The position numbers and the translations under genes are program-made. Below, one piece after another: positions 9,680-19,502 of a stretch of 64,000 nucleotides of DNA. The notes beneath the pieces are model-generated. The model was not told the DNA's origin. It worked only from the letters and a program-made list of their open reading frames with translations, and did not search any database. The DNA is from an uncultured Phycisphaerales bacterium (GTDB lineage: Bacteria > Planctomycetota > Phycisphaerae > Tepidisphaerales > Tepidisphaeraceae): NCBI GenBank assembly GCA_963730225.1, contig CAVSQX010000001.1, forward strand, positions 997,805-1,061,804, read 5' to 3'. Within the stretch, counting starts at the first letter, position 1; the number at the start of each line of letters is the position of its first letter.

Positions 9680-11272
9680 ATGGCGGCTAGTGAAGCTCAA
9701 AACTCTGCGGGTCACCCAAAGCAAAATCGGAGCAATTCTGCCGTGACGCAAGCGAGCGCAACGATCGATCGACCGGCGGCGCAGCACCCGGCCCTGGGCA
9801 GGCACACCAGCCGCGGGTTCGTCTGGATGGTGGGGCAAACCCTCTTTACCAAGGTGTTGGCCCTAGCGGCACAGATCGTTCTGGCCTGGTATCTGGTGCG
9901 CGAAGATTTCGGATTGTTTGGGCTGGCGCTGGCGGTGGCATCTATTCCGTCCCTGCTGAGAGACGCGGGACTGCAAACGATCCTGGTGCAGCGGCAAAAG
10001 CGCTTTAACGTGTGGGCGGGTCCGGTTTTTTGGATGTCGCTAGTGCTGGGAATCGCCAGCGGAATTATCCTGGCGGCGACGGCGCCGATTGCGGCCTATT
10101 TCTATAAAGCACCGGCGCTGACCGGGCAGGTGCTTTTGCTCGCGGTGGGTTCACCACTGACGGCACTGGCAACGGTGCCGGCGGCCCGAGTGGCGGCGGA
10201 TTTGCGATTTCGGTTTCAAGCCGGGCTGGCGCTGGTAGCCGCAGTTGCGACCACCGCGTTAAACATTCTGCTTGCGCGATGGCATTGGGGCGCCTATGCG
10301 ATGACCATTCCGTACGTTTTGGCCAATGTGCTTCGCACGGTCGTGTTGTGGCTGGCAGCGCCCGTTCACGTGCAAGGCAAGATGCAGGTGCGGAGATGGA
10401 AATATTTGGTCGGCGACAGCGGCATTCTGCTCGTGACGGCGGCGTTTGCGATGCTGGTGGCCAACGGTGATTACGCCACGCTGGGATACTTCCGCGGCGC
10501 CGAAGTCGTCGGTATTTTTTACTTCGCGTTCAACCTCTCGCTGCAAACGCTGGCTCTGATGAGCGCCAATGTCGGAGCAATTCTTTTTCCCGCGCTCAGC
10601 AAATTACAGAGCGAACAGGGCAGACAGATCGGCGCCTATTTGCAGGCGGCGCGAACGTTTGCGGCGGTTGCGATACCGCTTTGTTTACTCCAGGCTATTT
10701 GCGCCGGGCCGGGAATTCGTTTGCTCTTCAAACCCTTGTGGTATCCAGCGATTGCACCGTTGGCGATCTTGAGCGTGGCGATGGCAATTCGGGCCGCTTC
10801 GCTGCCAGCCGGCTCGCTGGCGGCGGCACAACGATGGTTTCGGCTAACGCTGGCGGTGATGGTTTTCGACGCCGTCCTGTTCCTGACGATGGTGGCGCTG
10901 GCGGCGCATTTTGGTGGTCAGCATGCAACCGTGGCGGTCGCGGTCGCGGAACTCATCTTTTTCGGCTTGACCGATCCGGGATTTGCGCTGTTGATGTTGC
11001 GACTGAACAAGCGATCCGTAAAGGATTGGCTGGGCGTCTACGCCGCCCCGCTGCTGGCCGGAGGCGTTTCGGCCATCGTTGCGGCGGCGGCGATTTGGCT
11101 GCCGATCGGTCAAAACCGAATCTCGCAGGCCGTTCGATTGGGCGTGATGACGCTGGTGATGGCCGGTTGCTACGTGCCGCTGCTTCGGTTGATAGCGCCG
11201 TCGACGTTCGCTGAATTGTCGAGTCGCATCCGCGGCATGCTCCACCGAGAACAGGCAACCGCGGTTCTATGA
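9680..11272 (+). CDS. Polysaccharide biosynthesis protein / oligosaccharide flippase (Wzx-like, MATE-type superfamily)
   Basis: 530 aa with about 12-14 transmembrane helices. Its stop overlaps the acyltransferase start (ATGA at 11269-11272). Confidence 0.7.
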   Translation: MAASEAQNSAGHPKQNRSNSAVTQASATIDRPAAQHPALGRHTSRGFVWMVGQTLFTKVLALAAQIVLAWYLVREDFGLFGLALAVASIPSLLRDAGLQTILVQRQKRFNVWAGPVFWMSLVLGIASGIILAATAPIAAYFYKAPALTGQVLLLAVGSPLTALATVPAARVAADLRFRFQAGLALVAAVATTALNILLARWHWGAYAMTIPYVLANVLRTVVLWLAAPVHVQGKMQVRRWKYLVGDSGILLVTAAFAMLVANGDYATLGYFRGAEVVGIFYFAFNLSLQTLALMSANVGAILFPALSKLQSEQGRQIGAYLQAARTFAAVAIPLCLLQAICAGPGIRLLFKPLWYPAIAPLAILSVAMAIRAASLPAGSLAAAQRWFRLTLAVMVFDAVLFLTMVALAAHFGGQHATVAVAVAELIFFGLTDPGFALLMLRLNKRSVKDWLGVYAAPLLAGGVSAIVAAAAIWLPIGQNRISQAVRLGVMTLVMAGCYVPLLRLIAPSTFAELSSRIRGMLHREQATAVL

Positions 11273-12531
11273 GACCAATCGCCACGATATATTACGGATT
11301 GATCGAACGGCTGAGCCGGGTGACCACGTCGGGCCAGCGCATTCGTCAACTGGATGGATTGCGATTCATCGCCATCGCCACGGTTTTTTTGCAGCATGTC
11401 TACGAAGTGGTGGTGGTGCACTACCCCGGAAACCGACTTCCCCAGGAGGACGCGTTTACGGTGTTGGTGCGCGACTGGCGGATCGGCGTGGAGCTGTTTT
11501 TCGTCATCAGCGGGTTCATTTTGGCAAGCCCGTTCGCGGCCCAGCACCTGCTCCACGCTAAGCCAGTGAAGCTCAAGCAATATTATCTGCGGCGGGTGAC
11601 GCGCCTGGAGCCGCCGTACCTTTTGAATCTGGCCATTTGTTACGCCGCGCTGGTGCTCTATTGGCATGAGTCGGCCTGCGGTCTGCTTCCGCATCTGCTG
11701 GCGAGCGCGCTTTATCTTCACAATGTCGTGTACCGACAATTCAGCACGATTAACCCCGTGGCTTGGTCCCTGGAAATCGAGGTGCAATTCTATCTACTGG
11801 CGCCGTTTCTGGCCGCGGTATTTCTTATCCGCAGCAGACGGCTACGCCGCGGCGTTCTGGTCGGAGTGATGATCGCAGCGGCGCAGGTTTTCAAAGTCGC
11901 GATGCGCGTTTTTCCCGGCCTTCCCATGACGCTGCTGGATTTTCTGCCGTTTTTTCTAGCGGGTTTTTTGCTCGCGGATATTTATCTGGTGGATTGGAAG
12001 CAAAACCCGCAGCCGCGCTGGTGGGCGGATGTGATCGGCATCGGCGGCTGGCTGCTGCTGCCGTTCTATTTTCGGCAAAGCGAAATCCTCGGCCATGTGC
12101 TGATCCGACCGACTTTCTTCCCCTTTCTGTTGCTTCTGCTGTGCTGGGCGTCGTTTCGCAGCAACTATCTACGCCGATTCCTGGCCGCTTCCTTCACGAT
12201 GACCGTCGGTGGAATGTGTTACAGCATTTACCTGATTCATCTTCCGATGCTGCGCATCCTGGGAAATTACTTCCGCGTTCCACTGGTAACATACAACCTG
12301 TCGGCGAACGTTTTGTTCTACTCGCTGATCTGGGGCAGCATCGTGCTGGCGGCGTCGATGGTTTACTTCATGCTGATCGAAAGGCCGTGCATGGTGAAAG
12401 ATTGGCCGCAGCGGCTGTGGGCGCGATTGCGCGGCCAGGGCGGCCCGTCGCAGGTGCGCCAATCGCCTTCGATGATCGACGTGCCACGAGGGTCGACGGC
12501 GCCGTTGCCGCCGAATCAGCCGGCGCCTTGA
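11269..12531 (+). CDS. Acyltransferase family 3 (OafA-like) membrane protein
   Basis: The N-terminal QLDGLRFIAIATVFLQHV motif is the acyltransferase-3 signature. 10-11 transmembrane helices. Confidence 0.8.
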   Translation: MRPIATIYYGLIERLSRVTTSGQRIRQLDGLRFIAIATVFLQHVYEVVVVHYPGNRLPQEDAFTVLVRDWRIGVELFFVISGFILASPFAAQHLLHAKPVKLKQYYLRRVTRLEPPYLLNLAICYAALVLYWHESACGLLPHLLASALYLHNVVYRQFSTINPVAWSLEIEVQFYLLAPFLAAVFLIRSRRLRRGVLVGVMIAAAQVFKVAMRVFPGLPMTLLDFLPFFLAGFLLADIYLVDWKQNPQPRWWADVIGIGGWLLLPFYFRQSEILGHVLIRPTFFPFLLLLLCWASFRSNYLRRFLAASFTMTVGGMCYSIYLIHLPMLRILGNYFRVPLVTYNLSANVLFYSLIWGSIVLAASMVYFMLIERPCMVKDWPQRLWARLRGQGGPSQVRQSPSMIDVPRGSTAPLPPNQPAP

Positions 12532-12537
12532 CGTGTT

Positions 12538-13311
12538 TTGGGGAAACGTATGAACAGATGGGTTCGCGGAGCATGGCGATTGTTTCAGCCGGTGCGGTAC
12601 ACGCACGGCTGGCAGCGATTCTCACTGCCGCGGAAGTACGCCTGGTTTTTGAGCCAGTGGCGGCAATTCAACACATCGGGAGGAAATGCGAAGTTTGAAC
12701 TGCTCTGCCCGTCGTTGAGCGACAGAGATCCGAATTCGCAAACCGGCGGCACGGATTATTTCTACCAGGATGTCTGGGCGTTGCGCCGCCTGGCGGCACT
12801 GGGGCCGACGGAACATCATGACATTGGCTCGCGCTTCGACGGATTCGTGGGCCAGGCGACGGCGATGTGTCGAATCATTTGCTGGGACATTCGCCCGCCG
12901 GGATTCAAGCTGGCGAATTTTGAATTCCGTTCGGGGAGCATTCTCGAATTGCCGGCGGCGGATCATTCGATTCAATCGATCTCATGTCTGCACGTCGCCG
13001 AGCACATCGGACTTGGGCGATACGGCGATCCGCTGGATGCGCGGGGAACGGAGAAAGCGATTCTGGCGCTTCAGCGCGTGCTGGCGCCGGGAGGCCAATT
13101 GCTGTACAGCATGCCGATCGGCCAGGAGCGAGTGGAGTTTAACGCTCAACGTATCTGGGATCCTCGGCGCGTAATCGACGTGGCCAAAGAGTTGCAACTG
13201 ATTGAATTCAGCGCGGTCGGCGATTCACGAGAGTTTGTGGAAAACGCCAGGATCGAGGACTTCGTTGCAAGCCGATACGCCTGTGGGTTGTATCGCTTCG
13301 GGCGGAAATAA
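12538..13311 (+). CDS. Putative class I SAM-dependent methyltransferase (DUF268-like)
   Basis: HHDIGSRFDGFVG (motif-I-like) and VLAPGGQLLYSMP (post-motif) segments. Third gene of the flippase-acyltransferase cluster. Confidence 0.5.
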   Translation: MGKRMNRWVRGAWRLFQPVRYTHGWQRFSLPRKYAWFLSQWRQFNTSGGNAKFELLCPSLSDRDPNSQTGGTDYFYQDVWALRRLAALGPTEHHDIGSRFDGFVGQATAMCRIICWDIRPPGFKLANFEFRSGSILELPAADHSIQSISCLHVAEHIGLGRYGDPLDARGTEKAILALQRVLAPGGQLLYSMPIGQERVEFNAQRIWDPRRVIDVAKELQLIEFSAVGDSREFVENARIEDFVASRYACGLYRFGRK

Positions 13312-14258
13312 ATTCACGCCGAAGCGCGGGTGGCCCGAATGATGCGCCAAACCGCCGCCGCGGCGAAGACGGTGATTCCTGATTCCGCCGCCGTTGGCAG
13401 AGGCACGGCAATCGGCTCGGCTAAACGACTGTCAGCCTGAACCGACCTGCCTGCACCGGGCGGATCGGACAGAATGAAAGGCGCGTGTGCCATTGCTCCC
13501 GCGCCATCTTGAGTTACGGCCGACGATTTGGCGGCAAATCCCGAACGTGCCAACCAATACCAATGCAATCGAGCTTCCACGACATTTCATTGCCCCAACT
13601 CCTTCTTCCAATCACGGAGGCGGCGGGTATTGGAGTTACACGATCGCTGCAACGTTGGATAAGCAATTCTCAAACCGCGCTGGTGGAATCGTTCAACGCC
13701 GGTTTCGGATTTGGGACGGAATTAGGGAGCTGCCCGGTTGATCGCAAGCGTGGGGGCAAATCACAAGCGCCCGCCGTCCAAGCAGTTGCATGAGGAGCTG
13801 GCATCCATGCAGGTCCATACAGAAAATAAATACTGGCAATTTGGGCGCGGGAACGGCGACGGCGCGCGTCGCTGCGACAGGTTGGCCCATTCGTCAGCCC
13901 TCACGCCAAACAGGCCCATGCGGTGAGAATGGGCAAATTTGAGGTTTTGCGATGACTTGAGGCATTTGCCATGAGTCGCGCGCAGTGTATGCAAATGCGA
14001 CCTCGGTGCCTTATCCGGCATCGCGCTGATGAGAGGAAAATCAGCGTGATGCCGTTGAGAACACGACGAACCACAAGTTAATGAAACCATCAATGCGGAA
14101 TTTCAAGTGCAGTGTGATCTATCCTCTTCAAAGTCGACGTTGCATGTGGCATTTGCAAAAACGCTGGGTTCCGCGATTTCTTTGTGCAGAACTCCCCCCC
14201 ATGGCGTACGAGGCGACTCTCCTCTACAATTACTCGCTTGAAACTCGAAGGAGTTGAA

Positions 14259-14744
14259 ATGCGACCTCCGTTGAAGCTGAATTCAATTGACCAGGAACAC
14301 CTCCAGGAGCTGTACAACGCCGGCGGCGTGGCGCGGGACGAGCTGCCTTACAGTGCGGAATTCGAGACGCTGTGGCAAGGTTTCCAAGACCGTACTTTCA
14401 AGAACGCCGACCGGGAGCAGCTTTTTGGAGCGCTGCTGAAGTATGTCCGCAGCGGCGGCAATGCGTCAAAGCCCCCACGACCAACCACGCTGACCGAGGA
14501 GCAGCTCAAGCAAGCCAAGCAGCTTCTCGCCCGCCATGGTAAAGCGGGCAAAGTATTGCCGTACAGCGAAGAGTTGGAAACGGCCCGCAAAGAGTTCGCC
14601 AAGGCGGCCGGGATCGAAGTGACGCCCGATGAGTTCTGGCACGCTATTGTGCGCATACAGGGCGCCAAACGTCGTCCGCCGGTTCGCAAGAAAGTGGCCG
14701 TTCCCGATGTCGACGGCGATGACGGCGCAGAAGATGAAGAGTAA
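14259..14744 (+). CDS. Hypothetical protein with an internal duplicated LPYS-E-ET module
   Basis: ATG 14259 is preceded by AAGGAG. Two roughly 40-aa repeats are present (ELPYSAEFETLWQGF... and VLPYSEELETARKEF...). Acidic C-terminus. Confidence 0.5.
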   Translation: MRPPLKLNSIDQEHLQELYNAGGVARDELPYSAEFETLWQGFQDRTFKNADREQLFGALLKYVRSGGNASKPPRPTTLTEEQLKQAKQLLARHGKAGKVLPYSEELETARKEFAKAAGIEVTPDEFWHAIVRIQGAKRRPPVRKKVAVPDVDGDDGAEDEE

Positions 14745-14747
14745 TCG

Positions 14748-15901
14748 ATGGGCGCGCTCACCAGATCCATTCGGCCGTGGGCGGGAATCGCGATGATTTT
14801 CCTGTCGGCTTGGGGGGCCATGCGGACCGCCAGGGCCGACCAGGGGCAAGCGCCGCCCGAACGATCAAGCAGATCGAAGCTGATCTCGCCGCCGCGGATC
14901 AAAACTTCACGACGAACTTTCGCTTTTCCCTTGCAGTTCTATTCAATCCCGAATTTCGGGATCAGATGAACAAAGAGGCCGCGCCCTACATCCAGCAGCG
15001 GCGATCGCTTGTGGCCGAATTGCAGGCCGCATCACCCAAGTCGGCGTCGCAGGCGTGGGTGAGCGACCTTCGCTTTCAGTTGCTCAAGAACGATGCGGAA
15101 CTGGCCTACCTGGGTGACAAGGATGCGAGCAAGCGGCTCGATGAGCAGGCGGCGATGAGCGATGCGGCGCAAAGCACCGCGGGATTGCTCGGCCAGCAAT
15201 TGGTCTCATGGTGGAATGGGTATGGCTCGCAGGACCAGCAGAGTGCGATCGTCGACAAGGTGGAACCGCTGGCAAAAGCGCAACCACGGAGCGACGAGAT
15301 CGCGAGGACGCTGGTGATGATGGTCGATTCCAGCCCGGCGACGGCCCCGCTGGCGCATCGAATCAATTTGATCGTCAAAACAATGCACAGCGACTTTGCT
15401 TCGCGCTATACCAGTGAACGGGTTGGGAAGATTGGCGAGCCGATTACAATCAGCGGAATAACCTTCAAAGGCCCGTCGTTCTCAACCGATAATTGGAAAG
15501 GCAAAGTCATTCTGGTCGACTTTTGGGCCACCTGGTGCCCGGGATGTCAGCAAGAGGTTCCAAACGTGATCAAGCTGTATCAGCAGTATCACGATAAGGG
15601 GTTGGAGGTGGTTGGCATCAGCAGCGACACCGATCGTGCGGTGCTGGCGAGCTTTCTCAAAGACCATCCAGAAATGTCCTGGCCCCAACTGTTCTTTGCC
15701 AATCAGGCAGGGGCATGGCATCCCCTGACGAAGAAATTTGCGGTGAACGCGATTCCGAAGGAATTTCTGATCGATCGAAATGGAATTCTCCGTAGCGTGG
15801 ACGGAGTGGGCGCAGCAGATCAGGTCGTACCGAAGCTGATTTCCGAGGCTGCCGCCGTTGCGATCAGCGATCGATCGCTGCAAGTGACCGCCTCCAGATA
15901 A
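14748..15901 (+). CDS. TlpA/ResA-like thiol-disulfide oxidoreductase (thioredoxin fold), with a probable frameshift near 14840-14860
   Basis: WATWCPGCQQE active site and thioredoxin-fold C-terminus in frame 2 (ORF 14777..15901). A signal peptide MGALTRSIRPWAGIAMIFLSAWGAMRTARA is in frame 0 starting at 14748. The main frame has no signal peptide. Confidence 0.7.
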
Positions 15902-15996
15902 GTTACGCGAGATAGCCTGGCTGCCTTGGTGGGTGCTCTCGAACTCCCTATAATCCGGTATAGAAGTAGGGATTTGTTTATGCGAGGACGGCAAAG

Positions 15997-18243
15997 TTGA
16001 ACTGGAAAGAAAAGCTTAGCGGACAATTGCCGCTGAATCTGGAACCGGAGATCGACGCCTTCGAGGCGCAGATCGCGCTGCGCAAGGCGGGGAAGATCGA
16101 CGAAAAAGTATTCGCCGAGACGCGCCTTCGCCGCGGAGCCTACGGCCAGCGCTACGACAACGCCCAGCGCCACGACGGTTTGAAAACGCAGAAGCTTCCG
16201 TACGGTCCGCTGACCAAAGGCCCCGACACGTTCTGGGATGCCCCGGGCATGCAGCGGATTAAAATTCCCTACGGGGGGCTGAATCCGAAGCAGATGATCG
16301 CCCTGGCGGAGCTGGCCGAGGAATACTCGGACGGAATTTCGCACATCACGACGCGGCAGGACATTCAACTGCATTACGTGCACATCGACGACACGCCGGA
16401 TTTGTTCCGCCGGCTGGCGGCCGTGGGAATCACGACGCGCGAAGCGTGCGGCAACAGCGTGCGGAATGTGACGGCGTGCCCGCTGGCGGGTGTGTGCCAG
16501 ACCGAAACGTTCGACGTGACGCCGTACGCAAAGGCGTGCGCCTTCTATCTGCTGGGGCACCGCGATATTCAGGATTTCGGGCGGAAATTCAAGATCGCAT
16601 TCAGCGGCTGCGAGCACGAAGCGTGCGCGCTGGTGTCGCTGCACGATCTTGGCGGGATTGCCAAGATGCGCGACGGGCGGCGCGGATTTGCAATTTATGT
16701 CGGGGGCGGACTGGGCGCGGTGCCGCATCAGGCCAAGCTGTACGATGAATTCGTGCCGGAGGAGGATCTGCTTCCGCTGGCGCGGGCGATCGGGCGGGTT
16801 TTTGCCCGGCTGGGCGAAAAGCGAAATCGCAATCGCGCCCGGCTGAAATTTCTCGTGCACAAGCTGGGGATCGATGAATTTCGCCGGCTGGTTCAGGAGG
16901 AAATCAAGACGATGCCGCCCGATCCGTCGTGGCGGCAGCACTTCGACGAGATTCCGAAATTCGAGGAAACCAAGCCCGCCTGGCAGGGTGTTCAACTCAA
17001 CGGGCAAAAACGCCCCGAAGGTTTTGACGAGTGGGCCGCGACCAATGTGTACCAGCAGCGGCAAAGCGGGCACGTGGTGGTTACCGTCACGTGCCCGCTG
17101 GGGGATCTCAGCTCGGATCAGATGCGGGCGCTGGCCGGCATTTCGGCGCGGTACTGCGGCGGAAACGCGCGAACCACGGTGGAGCAGAACATTGTTTTGC
17201 GATGGGTTTCACAAGGCAAGGTGATCGATCTGTACAAGGAGCTACAGGTGATCGGATTATCCGAAAGCGGCGCGGGGACGATCGTGGATGTCGTCGCGTG
17301 CCCCGGCACCGACACGTGCAAATTGGGGATCGCCTCCTCGCGCGGGCTGGCGGGAGAATTGCGCCGGCGATTGGCGACGCAAAGCGCGACGCTGGACCAG
17401 GCGATTCGCCGGCTGCGGATCAAAGTGTCGGGCTGCTTCAACAGTTGCGGGCAGCATCACGCGGCCGACATCGGTTTTTACGGCAACAGCCGCAACGTCG
17501 GGAATTACACGGTTCCGCATTTTCAGGTGATGCTCGGCGGACAATGGAGCCACAACGCCGGCAGCTACGCGCTGGCGATGGGATCGGTGCCGAGCAAGCG
17601 AATTCCGGAGTTGGTCAGCGCGTTGACCGGCCAATACCTGAGCCAGCGCCAGGGCGAGGAAACATTTCAGGCGTGGTGCCAGCGGATCGGTAAGAAGGAG
17701 CTGAAATCGATCGTGGAAAAATTCGCCCCGGTGCCGGCGCACAAAGACGATGCGTCGTTTTACAGCGATTGGGGCGATCCGCGGGAATTCACCATCGGCG
17801 ACATGGGCACGGGTGAATGCGCCGGCGAAGTCGTCACGTTACAGCAGTTCGGCTTCACGCAGGCCGAGAGCGAAGCGTTTGAGGCGCAGCTTCTGCTGGA
17901 CGGCGGGCAATTCAAGGCGGCCGATGAGAAGGCGTATCAGGCGATGCTGACGGCGGCCAAAACGCTGGTGCAGATTCAGTGGCTGGATGTGCCGGACGAT
18001 CCGAATGTGATCGTCGAGGAGTTTCGCAAGCGGATGGTCGAGCCGAAATTGTTCTGGGATACGTATCACGCGGATCAGTTCAGCCGGTATCTGTTCGTCC
18101 GCCATGAAGGGCCGGATGCGCGCTTCACAATGGACACGGCCCACAAGCTGGTGGAGGAAGCGAATCTGTTCATCGACGCGGCCCACAAATGCGATCTGAA
18201 AATCCGCCAGCAGAATGCCCAGCGCACGCCGGCGACGGTGTGA
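15997..18243 (+). CDS. Ferredoxin-dependent sulfite/nitrite reductase (NirA/Sir family) with about 190-aa C-terminal extension
   Basis: Nitrite/sulfite reductase ferredoxin-like half-domains (TTRQDIQLHYVHIDD; REACGNSVRNVTACPLAGVC siroheme/Fe-S cysteines). TTG start. Residues about 560-748 have no family I recognise. Confidence 0.85.
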   Translation: MNWKEKLSGQLPLNLEPEIDAFEAQIALRKAGKIDEKVFAETRLRRGAYGQRYDNAQRHDGLKTQKLPYGPLTKGPDTFWDAPGMQRIKIPYGGLNPKQMIALAELAEEYSDGISHITTRQDIQLHYVHIDDTPDLFRRLAAVGITTREACGNSVRNVTACPLAGVCQTETFDVTPYAKACAFYLLGHRDIQDFGRKFKIAFSGCEHEACALVSLHDLGGIAKMRDGRRGFAIYVGGGLGAVPHQAKLYDEFVPEEDLLPLARAIGRVFARLGEKRNRNRARLKFLVHKLGIDEFRRLVQEEIKTMPPDPSWRQHFDEIPKFEETKPAWQGVQLNGQKRPEGFDEWAATNVYQQRQSGHVVVTVTCPLGDLSSDQMRALAGISARYCGGNARTTVEQNIVLRWVSQGKVIDLYKELQVIGLSESGAGTIVDVVACPGTDTCKLGIASSRGLAGELRRRLATQSATLDQAIRRLRIKVSGCFNSCGQHHAADIGFYGNSRNVGNYTVPHFQVMLGGQWSHNAGSYALAMGSVPSKRIPELVSALTGQYLSQRQGEETFQAWCQRIGKKELKSIVEKFAPVPAHKDDASFYSDWGDPREFTIGDMGTGECAGEVVTLQQFGFTQAESEAFEAQLLLDGGQFKAADEKAYQAMLTAAKTLVQIQWLDVPDDPNVIVEEFRKRMVEPKLFWDTYHADQFSRYLFVRHEGPDARFTMDTAHKLVEEANLFIDAAHKCDLKIRQQNAQRTPATV

Positions 18244-18254
18244 GCGGTTTTTCC

Positions 18255-18851
18255 ATGCACAAATTCGCGATCAAATTTTTCGCTTCCGCCGACTCCGACA
18301 CCATTACCGGCCACGAGATCGTGCCGATTTTTCAGCGATGGATTCAGGAGCAGTCGTTGCCGGGGCATCTGCTGATCGACGCGGCGGATTACAGCCACGT
18401 TTTCGCCGGGCCGGGCACGGTGCTGATTTCGTCGCAGGCGAACATTCACATGGACCGCGGGCAAAATCGGCTGGGATTGCTGTACGTTCGCAAGCTGCCG
18501 TTCGAGGATGCGTCCAGTTTCAGCGAGAATCTGCGGGCGGCATTCGCGGAAGCCCTCAAGGCGGCGGTGAAGATGGAGCAGGCGCTGGACGGACGATTGA
18601 AATTCCGTGGCGACGAAGTCTCGATTCGCTTGAACGATCGGCTGGCGGCTCCGAACACGATTGAAACCTTCACCGAGCTGCGCGGGGAGTTCGAGGCCGT
18701 GGCCCGGGAATTCTTAGGCAATGCGAAGGTGGAATACGTCGAGCCGTTGGCCGACACGCTGCTGGAGGTGCGAATCACCAGCGAGGATTCTGGGCCGCTT
18801 TCATCGATACTGGAACGAACGCATGACGCCGCCAACGTGGGACGCGGTTGA
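18255..18851 (+). CDS. Hypothetical protein
   Basis: Start MHKFAIKFFAS lies 12 bp after the reductase stop. Globular composition, no family recognised. Confidence 0.5.
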   Translation: MHKFAIKFFASADSDTITGHEIVPIFQRWIQEQSLPGHLLIDAADYSHVFAGPGTVLISSQANIHMDRGQNRLGLLYVRKLPFEDASSFSENLRAAFAEALKAAVKMEQALDGRLKFRGDEVSIRLNDRLAAPNTIETFTELRGEFEAVAREFLGNAKVEYVEPLADTLLEVRITSEDSGPLSSILERTHDAANVGRG

Positions 18852-19502
18852 CCGCTACATCGCCGATTTGCTGATTCGGCCCGATCCGGCTCTGGATGCG
18901 GCGCTGGCCGACAGCGCGGCGGCGGGCTTGCCGTCGATCAATGTCTCGCCGGTGCAGGGAAAACTTCTTCAGATTCTGGCGCGGAGCATCGGCGCAAAAA
19001 AATCCTGGAAATCGGCACGCTCGGCGGGTACAGCACGATCTGGCTGGCGCGAGCATTGCCCGCGGGCGGTCGATTAATCACGCTGGAATTTGAGCCGAAG
19101 CACGCTGCGGTCGCCCGCAAGAACATCGCCCGCGCGGGATTGGCGGATGCGGTGGAGATTATTCTCGGCTCGGCATTGGAAACGCTGCCGCGGCTGGCGG
19201 GGGCAAATCGCGGGCCGTTCGATTTGATTTTCATCGACGCCGACAAGCAGAGCTACGCGGAATATTTTTCATGGGCGATGAAGCTGTCGCGCGTCGGCAC
19301 GCTGATTATCGCCGACAATGTGATCCGCAAGGGGGCCGTGATCGACGCCGCCAGCGACGATCCGCGCGTGCAGGGGGTGCGGAAATTCAACGAATTGGTG
19401 GCCGGCGAGCCGCGCGTCAGCGCGACGGCGATTCAAACCGTCGGCAGCAAGGGGTACGACGGATTCGTGATGGCCGTGGTCGTCGCCGATCAATCGCGGT
19501 AG
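18823..19502 (+). CDS. Class I SAM-dependent O-methyltransferase (caffeoyl-CoA OMT-like), frameshifted in an A7 run at 18996-19002
   Basis: N-terminus MTPPTWDAVDRYIADLL...VSPVQGKLLQILARSIGAKK in frame 1. The text continues as [30 protein letters not shown]...IFIDADK in frame 0. Eight A residues instead of seven would restore one frame. Confidence 0.8.

Noticed and set aside
13600-13720. Possible tRNA-like segment (GGTGGAATCGTTCAACGCC resembles a T-arm)
   Set aside because: Could not assemble a full cloverleaf with acceptor stem and anticodon arm by eye. Not reported as a tRNA.
13485-14093. Short ORFs (84-110 aa) in the 950-bp gap
   Set aside because: No start context, low-complexity or Cys/His-rich translations, overlapping one another in different frames. 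The region is treated as non-coding.
15820-17073. 417-aa ORF on the minus strand
   Set aside because: Lies entirely antisense to the strongly conserved sulfite/nitrite reductase gene. Arg/Pro/Leu-rich composition is typical of spurious antisense ORFs in high-GC DNA.
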